The notes: generated by a model not told the origin, from the sequence alone. A stretch of DNA of 64,000 nucleotides from a bacterium (GCA_030688365.1 JAUYIE010000004.1:5931-69930); one strand, 5' to 3'. Shown: positions 52,925 to 61,753, counted from the first letter of the stretch. Numbers and translations: made by a program.

Positions 52925-52977
52925 CATGTTAATGTTTAGAACATTAACGTAGCACACGAAAAAAACTGAGGCAAATG
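52925..52977 (-). repeat. 53-bp imperfect direct repeat, copy 2 (sigma70-like promoter)
   Basis: Matches 52088-52140; lies 3 bp after the RT1 stop codon. Confidence 0.85.
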
Positions 52978-52979
52978 TG

Positions 52980-53984
52980 TTACCCTGTCTCATCCAGTAG
53001 CCAATGATCGTTGAGTATACTTGTCCTTATTTTGTGGGTATTCCCATGTGATAACAGTCCGAGATATGACTGAAGCGTCGCTTCGTTAGAATCATGAGAC
53101 AACTTTTTGAACATTCGCCGTCTTGTTGTCGCCCGCAGTACATGATGATCGGCAAAGTGCACCCAGCCCAAATAATCTACCCCTGACGCAATGGTACGAA
53201 TGCTGACTTTATTGGGATGCAATGAAAGCTTGAGCTTGTCTGATAAAAAATCCTGTATCGGATCAATAGTGCGCTCGAGTATACTTCTATCCTGTGACAA
53301 CAGAACAAAATCATCGGCATATCGGATATAATGTGGCACTCGCATATCGTGCTTGATGTATTGGTCAAATAAATTCATGTATATATTGGCAAACAGTTGC
53401 GATGTAAGATTCCCCAATGGAAGTCCTTTATCACTAGACGATTTAAAACTCCCGATTATTCTTGAAAGCAACCACAATATCTTTCTGTCAGGGATATAAT
53501 CCTCCAATATACAATATAAAACGGCATGATCTATGCTCGCAAAGAATTTTCGTATATCACATTTGAGAACGTAACATGTACGAGTATTGTTCCTGCTTAC
53601 CTTGCACGAGTAAGATGTAAATCGATCCATTGCGCTGTGAGTACCTTTGCCCACACGAGCTGAAAATGAATCAGCGATAAACTTTGTTTCAAAAAAAGGA
53701 TATAATATACGGTGAAGAGCGTGATGTACCACCCGATCGCGCACCTGCGCCTTGTGGATTTCCCGTGATTTTGGATCATTGATATAAAAACGTGTATACG
53801 CGCCATGCATGTACTCACCTGACAATAGCTCCTCATGCAACGCATTGATGTTTTCAAACAGATGATCTCGAAACGCGCGGACATCCCACTTGTTCCGTTT
53901 CCCACATTCAAACTCGAGCCACGCTTCAATCAAATTGTCGTGCGAAATAATATCTTCAAATGTATGTCCCAACAATATTTTCAT
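52980..53984 (-). CDS. DGR reverse transcriptase 1
   Basis: KSREI, RDRVVH, GKGTH, KCDIRKFF, GLPLGNLTSQ (SQ typical of DGR RTs), YIRYADDF, YLGW. Confidence 0.95.
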   Translation of the reverse strand: MKILLGHTFEDIISHDNLIEAWLEFECGKRNKWDVRAFRDHLFENINALHEELLSGEYMHGAYTRFYINDPKSREIHKAQVRDRVVHHALHRILYPFFETKFIADSFSARVGKGTHSAMDRFTSYSCKVSRNNTRTCYVLKCDIRKFFASIDHAVLYCILEDYIPDRKILWLLSRIIGSFKSSSDKGLPLGNLTSQLFANIYMNLFDQYIKHDMRVPHYIRYADDFVLLSQDRSILERTIDPIQDFLSDKLKLSLHPNKVSIRTIASGVDYLGWVHFADHHVLRATTRRRMFKKLSHDSNEATLQSYLGLLSHGNTHKIRTSILNDHWLLDETG

Positions 53985-54031
53985 AAAAATCCATTAAGGA
54001 ATCCCCCCCCAAGGCGTCACAAATTCCTATT

Positions 54032-54388
54032 TTGCAAAAAGCCGTAGAAACATACAAACTATGGCATTTGTTCTTACAGCAGATGCCTCGTCTTACTCGA
54101 TTTAGTCTTGGTACAAAAATCGACATATTGTTTACCGACACGTTACAGCTCATGCTCTCTGCGAAATACGCACCACGAGAACAAAAGCTGGAATACATAC
54201 GAACATTGTGCACCAACATAGATGCCATCAAATTCTTTTTGCAAATCGCGTTTGAGCTCAAGGCATTAAGCGCTAAAAAATATTCCAGTGTGTCCATACC
54301 TCTGGAAGAGATCGGAAAAATGGTCGGCGGGTGGAAAAAACAGCTGGAAAAAGAAAATCCTGCCACAAAAACTTCATGGCAGGAATGA
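54032..54388 (+). CDS. Avd-like four-helix-bundle accessory protein 1 (TTG start, or frameshifted from ATG 53964)
   Basis: YKLWH...P+..RFSLG.KID...EIGKMVGGWKK; aligns with the DGR2 paralog. Confidence 0.85.
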   Translation: MQKAVETYKLWHLFLQQMPRLTRFSLGTKIDILFTDTLQLMLSAKYAPREQKLEYIRTLCTNIDAIKFFLQIAFELKALSAKKYSSVSIPLEEIGKMVGGWKKQLEKENPATKTSWQE

Positions 54389-54399
54389 TACGAGAGAGT

Positions 54400-54523
54400 T
54401 GCTCGAACGCAAGGAAACGATAGTTGTCATTCCAATCACCAGCCAGCTTGTTGAGGTTGAGCTTACGCTTGTCGTTGTTCCTGTTCAACACAGGAGCACA
54501 CAGATCACCGTTCTCATTGCGAA
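54400..54523 (-). repeat. DGR1 template repeat (TR)
   Basis: 124-nt gap-free match to 54899-55022; AAC-rich; 20 of 21 mismatches at TR adenines. Confidence 0.95.
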
Positions 54524-54788
54524 AATGCACGGAATATCATCTTTGACACCACCCTTTGACTCGCCATCTGGCACATTCTCGGGGTTGAATCGTATTCGGG
54601 GCATTTCAGCCCGCCAATATTCCGCACCAAGTCTCTTCGTAATCGCGAAGCAATCGGGCACACGCTGTATGGTAACAAAAAACGCCATACATTCCGGCTT
54701 CCCAAAAAGCTCCAGAGTTCGACCGCCATGAAGTCGTAACGACATGGATACTTCTCTACTTTCCAAAACTCAGTATATCACGCTGAAT

Positions 54789-54822
54789 AAAAAATCCCTT
54801 AATAGTTTGTTCTATCAAGGGA
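54789..54822 (-). terminator. Putative terminator of DGR1 target gene
   Basis: tccctt-a-atag-N6-ctat-c-aaggga stem followed by T6 on the minus strand. Confidence 0.6.
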
Positions 54823-54876
54823 AGATAAGGGTCTAAAAATTCAAATTCTATTTCTAAACACTGAGGGACCCAGAGT

Positions 54877-55518
54877 CTAAGTGCCTTCCGAAGAAACCTG
54901 CTCGAACGCAAGGAAACGATAGTTGCCACTCCAATCACCAGCCAGCCCGTGGAGGCCGAGCAACCGCCAGTCGTTGAGCCCGTCCAACACAGGAGCACAC
55001 AGAACACCGCGCCCATCGCGAATTTCAATACCCATCAAACAAACGATTGGATATTTTAATTGTTCATCGGGGTTGTTTATGGCGTACTGTAATATTCTGG
55101 CAGGAGTAGCCTTGATCAAACCTTTTTCTTCGATCTTTTTTTCTGCATCTTCAGTCGAAATTTTTCCCAGATCAAGGATACGGACTTTTAACATTTCTAC
55201 ACCGACAGCTGGATCTATCGGAAACGTTTTTTCATTGATGTGACTGTTTACATAATAAAAATTTACGATTTTGATTTGATCGGAAAAACTCTTGTTGTTA
55301 TCAACTATTATGAGTCCAGAATTATCAACTTTCTTCGAAATTTCATTCAATGAACCGACAATAATTTGAGCAACCTTTTTCCTGCGGTCTGTGTCTTTCA
55401 AATACGCGTCTATGTGGTCATCTGTACCACCTTCATCCAGAATATCATTAAAGATAATTTTCACTACCTCAAAGATCTTTCCGAACAGTTTCAGATAACC
55501 ACTTGTTTTTTTAGCCAT
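54877..55518 (-). CDS. DGR1 target (variable) protein, probable C-type-lectin-like fold, no signal peptide
   Basis: C-terminal ~41 codons are the VR; ends ...W-x-x-x-x-RFLAF. Confidence 0.9.
   Translation of the reverse strand: MAKKTSGYLKLFGKIFEVVKIIFNDILDEGGTDDHIDAYLKDTDRRKKVAQIIVGSLNEISKKVDNSGLIIVDNNKSFSDQIKIVNFYYVNSHINEKTFPIDPAVGVEMLKVRILDLGKISTEDAEKKIEEKGLIKATPARILQYAINNPDEQLKYPIVCLMGIEIRDGRGVLCAPVLDGLNDWRLLGLHGLAGDWSGNYRFLAFEQVSSEGT
54899..55022 (-). repeat. DGR1 variable repeat (VR)
   Basis: Matches TR1; A->G 12, A->T 5, A->C 3, plus one T->G. Confidence 0.95.
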
Positions 55519-55717
55519 TTTAATGTACTCCTATTTTCGCCTACTCCTTGCTTTTCCCCTATTTTAGGGTTAGACCTAGAGCTTGCACTTATATATAACA
55601 ATACTAAGATACTTGCATATTTTACCGATTTTGTCAAGATTATGACCACCAAAAGCTTATATTTCGAAAGTGAACGAGTATTATTGAGTATGAGAAAGAG
55701 CTGACAGATATACTGAA

Positions 55718-55873
55718 GGGCTGTTTGATTTCTCTTTTAAAAATTTTATGAGCGAGTCAAGTGTTGGGAAGAAAAGTTGAAACGAGCGAATAGAAGTGAG
55801 GAGGGAGACTTACCTACTCGTTACCACCACCGTCGCCGAACGCTTTTTAAAAGAGAAATCAAATACCCCGCTC
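55718..55873. mobile_element. MITE-like/structured repeat, copy A
   Basis: 20-bp perfect inverted arms 55724-55743/55844-55863 around a 100-bp core; its reverse complement aligns with 61754-61910. Confidence 0.75.
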
Positions 55874-55891
55874 AAGCAGGACAAACACTCC

Positions 55892-56650
55892 CTATCTCCC
55901 CTTCACCTCAATCCCCACCGGACAATGATCTGATCCCATGATATGTGGTAAGATCGCCACGCTTTTTATAGACGGTAAAAATGATTCTGATACGCAAAAA
56001 TAATCTATCCGCCAGCCAATATTTCTCTGACGTGCCCCTGCCATATAACTCCACCATGTGTACTTATCAGGACTCTCATCAAAGGCGCGGTAACTATCTA
56101 CAAACCCAGCAGAGACAATATTATCAAATCCACCCCGTTCTTCATCAGTAAATCCCGCATTACGACGATTGCTTGCTGGGTTAGCCAAGTCTATCTCTTT
56201 ATGAGCAACATTGAGATCTCCCCCAAAGATCACCGGCTTTTTTGCTTCCAGATATTTGAGATACGCCAAAAAATCTCGATCCCATTGCATACGATATGAT
56301 AGGCGTACGAGATCGCGACGTGAGTTGGGGGTGTACACCGTCACAAGATAGTATTGTGGAAATTCAAGAGTGATGACTCTCCCTTCTTGATCATGACCCG
56401 CGATACCGATACCATGCGCCACGCCGATTGGTTTTTTTCTACTAAAAATGGCAGTCCCCGAGTACCCTTTTTTCTCCGCTGAATTCCAATAATGATGGGG
56501 GTATTCTTTCAAAATCTCATCCACCTGCGATTGGTGCGCTTTTGTTTCTTGGATACACAAAACATCGGGTGCTTCCGCATCCACAAAATCCAAAAAACCT
56601 TTTCCGAGAATAGCTCGGATGCCATTTACATTCCACGAAATAATTTTCAT
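55892..56650 (-). CDS. xth: Exodeoxyribonuclease III / AP endonuclease
   Basis: [34 protein letters not shown]. Confidence 0.95.
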   Translation of the reverse strand: MKIISWNVNGIRAILGKGFLDFVDAEAPDVLCIQETKAHQSQVDEILKEYPHHYWNSAEKKGYSGTAIFSRKKPIGVAHGIGIAGHDQEGRVITLEFPQYYLVTVYTPNSRRDLVRLSYRMQWDRDFLAYLKYLEAKKPVIFGGDLNVAHKEIDLANPASNRRNAGFTDEERGGFDNIVSAGFVDSYRAFDESPDKYTWWSYMAGARQRNIGWRIDYFCVSESFLPSIKSVAILPHIMGSDHCPVGIEVKGR

Positions 56651-56656
56651 AATAGT

Positions 56657-58831
56657 TTATTCTTCCTGTTTCTCGGGAGTGGGTTCGCCATCAGCACCTG
56701 TAGGTTTTTCCCATGACGCGTAGGTGCACTCCGGATATTTATCGCATCCATAAAACATCTTACCGCGTTTTGTTTTCTTTTCTACAACCTGACCTTTACC
56801 ACAATCGGGACATACGATACCCAGTTTTTTCAAACTCAATGAGCGGATGCTTTTGCATTCAGGATATTTACTGCATCCCAAAAACTTCCCAAACCGTCCT
56901 GTCTTGATGACCATCGGCGCTCCGCACTTATCACACGGTTCCGCTTCTTCAATCGCTTTCTTATCTTCCTCTTGTTCTTCTTTGGATTCAATCGGCTTGG
57001 TATTTTTACATTCCGGATAGCCGGTGCAAGCAAAAAATCTTCCAAAGCGACCAATCTTACTCACCATCGGCTTACCGCATTTATCACATACTTCATCGCT
57101 CACCTCTTCCGTGAGTTCCTTTTTTGAGAGCTCTTTATCTTTTTCTCCGAGTAATTTTTTGAACGGGGTATAAAACTCGCGAATGACCGGTACCCAATCC
57201 TTTTTACCATTTGCGACTTCATCGAGATCATCTTCCATGCGAGCGGTAAACTCGTAATCCACGATCTGTGGAAAATGCTCCATCAAAATATCATTCACCA
57301 GCGTTGCCATTTCTGTCGGCTTAAGGCGTCCTTCTTCTTTGATGACATATTTGCGCTCCACGATCGTGCTGATCGTCGGTGCATAGGTGGATGGACGACC
57401 AACACCATGTTCTTCAAGTACTTTGACCAGCCCTGCTTCACTGTATCGTGCAGGTGGTTTGGTAAAATGCTGCTCTGGATCAAATTTTAAAAGATCAAGG
57501 GCGTCATCTTTCTTCACAGCTGGAAGCAGTACTTCTTCTCTATCGGTCTGATACACGCGGGTAAATCCATCAAATTTTTCAATCTGACCGGTAGCACGAA
57601 AAACATACCCGGTAGACTTCTTACTTTTGAGAGTATCAATATCAATCGTCGTCGCTTCATATAGCGCATCCGGCATCTGACTCGCCACACTGCGTCGCCA
57701 TATCAGGTCATAAAGCTTGAATTGAGCGTCAGTGAGGTGTGCTTTCACTGATTCAGGTGTTCGCGACACGAGAGTCGGTCTTATGGCCTCATGTGCCTCT
57801 TGAGCGAGCTTGGATTTTGTCGCATATTTCTTTTCTCCTTTAGCATACTGTGTACCGTATTCAGATTTGATCACTTCTTGTGCTTCAGACAAAAACTTCT
57901 CGGAAAGGTTTACCGAGTCAGTACGCATATAGGTGATATATCCACCATCTTCTTCCGAACCTGCTTCAATACCTTCATAGAGTTGTTGAGCAAACATCAT
58001 GGTCTGCTTTGGTGAAAATCGTAAGCGACGGTTTGCGTCTTGTTGCAACGTAGAGGTAGTAAACGGCGTTGGCGGTTTGCGTGACGTATCTTTCATCGTG
58101 ACTTCTTTGACTGTGTAGTCCGCGCTTTCCAATTTTTTTAAAATATCTTGTGCATCTTTTTCATTTGAAATCTCAAACTTATCAAGCGTCTTTCCATCAT
58201 AGGCGTGCAAACTCGCATGAAATGAAACCGTGGTCTTGTCAGCAACATCAATCTCAATAGTCCAATATTCTTGCGGTACAAACGCTTCTATTTCCTTTTC
58301 ACGTTCCACAACCAACCGCACGGCGACGGATTGCACGCGTCCGGCGGATAGACCTTTGGCTACCTTCCTCCACAAAAATGGCGAGAGTTCATATCCCACC
58401 AGACGATCAAGCACACGACGCGCTTGTTGCGCATCTACCAAATCAAGATTTATCTGGCCTGCGTGTTCCAAGGCATCCATGACTGCCGTCTTTGTAATTT
58501 CATGAAATGCAATACGCTTGATCTTATCTTTTGGTACTTTCAAAATCTCTTGCAAATGCCATGAAATAGCTTCCCCTTCACGGTCTTGATCAGTTGCGAA
58601 ATAGACATCATCAGACGCTTTGGCAAGTTTCTTCAACTCGGTCGCGCGTTTTTGATTTGCTTTGGGGATAACATAATGCGGGGCGAAATCATGTTCAATA
58701 TCTACCCCCATCTCGCTTTTTGGAAGATCGCGAATATGACCAAAAGAAGACTCCACGCGGTAGTCTTTGCCTAAAAATTTGCTGATTGTTTTTGCTTTCG
58801 TTGGAGACTCAACGATGACCAAATGTTTCAT
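56657..58831 (-). CDS. topA: DNA topoisomerase I
   Basis: VIVESPTKA, DQDREGE, SAGRVQS, ITYMRTDS, GRPSTY, three C-terminal zinc ribbons. Confidence 0.98.
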   Translation of the reverse strand: MKHLVIVESPTKAKTISKFLGKDYRVESSFGHIRDLPKSEMGVDIEHDFAPHYVIPKANQKRATELKKLAKASDDVYFATDQDREGEAISWHLQEILKVPKDKIKRIAFHEITKTAVMDALEHAGQINLDLVDAQQARRVLDRLVGYELSPFLWRKVAKGLSAGRVQSVAVRLVVEREKEIEAFVPQEYWTIEIDVADKTTVSFHASLHAYDGKTLDKFEISNEKDAQDILKKLESADYTVKEVTMKDTSRKPPTPFTTSTLQQDANRRLRFSPKQTMMFAQQLYEGIEAGSEEDGGYITYMRTDSVNLSEKFLSEAQEVIKSEYGTQYAKGEKKYATKSKLAQEAHEAIRPTLVSRTPESVKAHLTDAQFKLYDLIWRRSVASQMPDALYEATTIDIDTLKSKKSTGYVFRATGQIEKFDGFTRVYQTDREEVLLPAVKKDDALDLLKFDPEQHFTKPPARYSEAGLVKVLEEHGVGRPSTYAPTISTIVERKYVIKEEGRLKPTEMATLVNDILMEHFPQIVDYEFTARMEDDLDEVANGKKDWVPVIREFYTPFKKLLGEKDKELSKKELTEEVSDEVCDKCGKPMVSKIGRFGRFFACTGYPECKNTKPIESKEEQEEDKKAIEEAEPCDKCGAPMVIKTGRFGKFLGCSKYPECKSIRSLSLKKLGIVCPDCGKGQVVEKKTKRGKMFYGCDKYPECTYASWEKPTGADGEPTPEKQEE

Positions 58832-58843
58832 AGCTCTTTGTTA

Positions 58844-59746
58844 TTATATCTTTACATAATACATACTTCCGACGTTTCGCACTACCCCTCGCATTTCCAG
58901 CATCAGCAGTGCGCTACTGACTATGTGGCTTTCACGCTTACATATTTGGATGAGAGTGTCAATATGGACGGGATCACTGCTCATGACCGCCAGTATACTT
59001 GCCTCAACCTCATTTTCCGGGTTACTCTCGGGTCTGGCGTATTCTTTGGGCAATGATAAAAACTCAAACGTGTCAAAAATATCTTGTAGACACGTGACAA
59101 GCTTAGCACCTTTTTTGATCAACATATGAGGACCTTCGGAAAGCGGATCAGTGAGCGGGCCGGGTAAGGCAAACACTTCCCTATTTTGTTCCAACGCACA
59201 CTGCGCGGTGATTAGCGACCCTGATCGTGCCAGTCCTTGAGCAACCAAAACACCAAGAGACATACCGGCGATGATACGATTACGAAGTGGGAAAGAATAC
59301 TTGGCAGGATGCATACCGGGTGGTGATTCTGATACCACCACTCCGCCGTTTTCTATAATACGATGCGCCAAACCCAGATGATCAGCCGGATACATACTCT
59401 CGTCATCAACACCACCACCCACTACAGCGATAGTCGTACCACCGACTTCTAGCGTGCTTTCATGCGCTAACGCGTCCACGCCATAGGCAAGTCCACTCAC
59501 CACAACAAGACCGCTTCGTGCCATATCATGCACCAACGGCGGTAAAATATTTTTACCATAGACACTCATCTTGCGACTACCTACCACGCCAATACCGTGC
59601 CACGGTTGTTTTGGCCATGTCCCACGATACCACAGCTTCTCCGGCGCGCCATGTATTTCTTTCAAAAGTGGCGGATAATCAGGATCGTCAATACTGCATA
59701 CCTTGATGCCTTGTTTTTGTTCTTGCACCTGCGAGTCAACGAGCAT
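58844..59746 (-). CDS. dprA: DNA-processing protein DprA
   Basis: VVGSR, VSGLAYGVD, FPLRNRIIAG, SGSLITA; dprA-topA synteny. Confidence 0.96.
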   Translation of the reverse strand: MLVDSQVQEQKQGIKVCSIDDPDYPPLLKEIHGAPEKLWYRGTWPKQPWHGIGVVGSRKMSVYGKNILPPLVHDMARSGLVVVSGLAYGVDALAHESTLEVGGTTIAVVGGGVDDESMYPADHLGLAHRIIENGGVVVSESPPGMHPAKYSFPLRNRIIAGMSLGVLVAQGLARSGSLITAQCALEQNREVFALPGPLTDPLSEGPHMLIKKGAKLVTCLQDIFDTFEFLSLPKEYARPESNPENEVEASILAVMSSDPVHIDTLIQICKRESHIVSSALLMLEMRGVVRNVGSMYYVKI

Positions 59747-59763
59747 GGAACCATGATAAAAAA

Positions 59764-60327
59764 TTACAAACTCAATTCAAGTCCTTTTTTGATAGTTTCA
59801 AAAACTTCTGGAAGCGCTTTTTTTTCTGTCGCAGAAAACTTACCCAAAACAAACTTTTCTCCTGATATTGTCACTGGTCTTTCAGATGCGACACCAATAC
59901 GCATACGACTAAATTCTTTCGTACCGAGCAAATCAATTATATTTTGCACACCATTGTGTCCTGCCGATGAACGGTTGTGACTTATTTTTATTTTTCCAAA
60001 TGGGATATCTAGTTCATCATGGCTAATCCAAATGTCTTTTGTGATATCGATCGTGCGATGATAGGAAAGATATTTTTTTACCGATGTGCCGGAAAGATTC
60101 ATGAACGTCAATGGCTTGAGAAATGTTATTGACTCATGCTTACCATCATCCCTTGTATATTTTGTTTCGTATGCGATATAAGTCTTGTCTTTTGAGATGC
60201 TTGGTTTTTCGATACGGCCTTCTTCCAGCCATTTTTCCATCAAATAATCTACAGCAAGAAAGCCCGCGTTGTGGCGGGTCGTTTCATACTCTGTGCCAGG
60301 ATTTCCTAAACCTACGATAAGTTTCAT
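59764..60327 (-). CDS. pth: Peptidyl-tRNA hydrolase
   Basis: LIVGLGNPG, TRHNAGF, FMNLSG, HDELD, GHNGV. Confidence 0.96.
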   Translation of the reverse strand: MKLIVGLGNPGTEYETTRHNAGFLAVDYLMEKWLEEGRIEKPSISKDKTYIAYETKYTRDDGKHESITFLKPLTFMNLSGTSVKKYLSYHRTIDITKDIWISHDELDIPFGKIKISHNRSSAGHNGVQNIIDLLGTKEFSRMRIGVASERPVTISGEKFVLGKFSATEKKALPEVFETIKKGLELSL

Positions 60328-61694
60328 GCCGATTTCTTTTTACTTTTTTCTTCGGTGACGACCATGACGGGCGTCCCTTGGAAACTATACAACTCGCGAA
60401 GACGATTTTCCAAATACCGAAGATACTCATATCTAATACTAGCACGGCTGTTGACAGAAAGTATAAACGTCGGCGGACAGCCCAGTCGCTGTTTGATGCC
60501 AAAAATGCGCGGTCGTTTGCGTCCCATCGGCCAGATCGGCGGTTGACGTGTCATTGCTGTTTTGAGAAACGCAGTGAGTTCTTCTTGTGGAATTTCTTTC
60601 TCGCGCTCTTTCTGCACTTCAATTATTATATCAAGAATTTTCTTAACGCGCTGTTTTGTGAGGGCGGACACAAAGATATCCGGCGCCCATTTTATAAACT
60701 CAAAAAACTTATGAAAATATTTTTTGTACGCATCACTACTTTTGACTGTCTTTTCTTCCACCAAATCCCATTTGTTTACTACCAACACGATACCCGCACC
60801 GGAAGAGACAGCAATATCAGCAAGACGGCTTTCCTGTTTTGACGCGGTAGTCATGGCATCCAGTACCAAAAGTGCTACATCTGCTTTTTCAATATTTTTG
60901 ATACTGCGTTTAACTCCTTCGTATTCTATACCATGCTGAACTTTGCTTTGCTTACGGATACCGACGGTGTCGATAAGGATGATTGGCTGATCTTCGTACA
61001 CAATAATAGTGTCATGCGGTTCACGAGTGGTATGGGCGATAGGACTGGCAATGACGCGTTCTTCATCAAGAATCGCATTGAGCAAGGATGACTTACCGAC
61101 GTTTGTACGACCAACGATAGCAACTTTGATCGGTGCTTTTGTCGGTGCGGGTGTAGCGACGCGTTTGAGTAATGGATGTACTTCGTCCAAAAGGTCGCCA
61201 ACTCCTCGTCCGCTTGCGGCTGAAACACTATATCCGGAACCGATACCCAGTTTGTTCCAATTTTGTGAAGATAAAGCAATGTGTTCTTTTTGTTTGTCTA
61301 TTTTATTGATTACCAAATACACAGGCGTCTTGGTTGCTTTTTGGATGACTTTGAGATACGCACGGTCATCAGGATGGATGTCTTCTTTGCCATCTACGAT
61401 AAACAAAATAACATCTGCTTTTTTTAGCATGGCAAGCGCGTGGGCATAAGTTTTTTCCTCAATCTCATCAGTAGGCTTTGGCACAAAACCACCGGAGTCT
61501 GCCACCTGAAAGGTAAAATCACGCCAGTTGCCGATCCCATAGTTCACGTCACGCGTAGTTCCCGCGTCAGACGAAATAACGGCCTTTTTCTCTTCTATCA
61601 AACGATTAAACAGTGTTGATTTGCCAACATTAACCCGTCCTACAAGAGCAACAAGCGGGTATGGATTCTCTTTTTGTATGGTGCGGACTGGCAT
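60324..61694 (-). CDS. der: Ribosome biogenesis GTPase Der (EngA)
   Basis: Two GTPase domains GRVNVGKS / GRTNVGKS; C-terminal YLENRLRE..GTP. Confidence 0.96.
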   Translation of the reverse strand: MPVRTIQKENPYPLVALVGRVNVGKSTLFNRLIEEKKAVISSDAGTTRDVNYGIGNWRDFTFQVADSGGFVPKPTDEIEEKTYAHALAMLKKADVILFIVDGKEDIHPDDRAYLKVIQKATKTPVYLVINKIDKQKEHIALSSQNWNKLGIGSGYSVSAASGRGVGDLLDEVHPLLKRVATPAPTKAPIKVAIVGRTNVGKSSLLNAILDEERVIASPIAHTTREPHDTIIVYEDQPIILIDTVGIRKQSKVQHGIEYEGVKRSIKNIEKADVALLVLDAMTTASKQESRLADIAVSSGAGIVLVVNKWDLVEEKTVKSSDAYKKYFHKFFEFIKWAPDIFVSALTKQRVKKILDIIIEVQKEREKEIPQEELTAFLKTAMTRQPPIWPMGRKRPRIFGIKQRLGCPPTFILSVNSRASIRYEYLRYLENRLRELYSFQGTPVMVVTEEKSKKKSA

Positions 61695-61753
61695 ATACGA
61701 GCATTAAAGCATGAAATTGGGAGAAAAGCGAGAGGAAAGAGGTGGTGTATCTC

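Larger units (their letters stand above)
52980..55518 (-). mobile_element. Diversity-generating retroelement 1 (target-TR-avd(antisense)-RT)
   Basis: DGR-type RT, Avd-like gene, TR/VR pair with adenine-specific mismatches. Confidence 0.95.

Noticed and set aside
52980-53984. RTs as group II intron, retron or CRISPR-associated RT
   Set aside because: No maturase/endonuclease domain, msr-msd or cas1. The LGNLTSQ motif, Avd-like genes and A-specific TR/VR pairs indicate DGRs.
53956-54366. Minus-strand ORF as an N-terminal fusion to RT1
   Set aside because: Antisense shadow of avd1, out of frame with RT1; the equivalent frame in DGR2 stops at 63007
54273-54530. ORFs spanning the TRs (54273-54530; 63007-63444) as second target genes
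   Set aside because: They are the TR reading frame (Asn-rich) running into antisense avd and lack the target N-terminal domain
55892-61694. xth/topA/dprA as dedicated DGR accessory genes
   Set aside because: Ordinary housekeeping genes, and dprA-topA adjacency is widespread; only proximity supports a link
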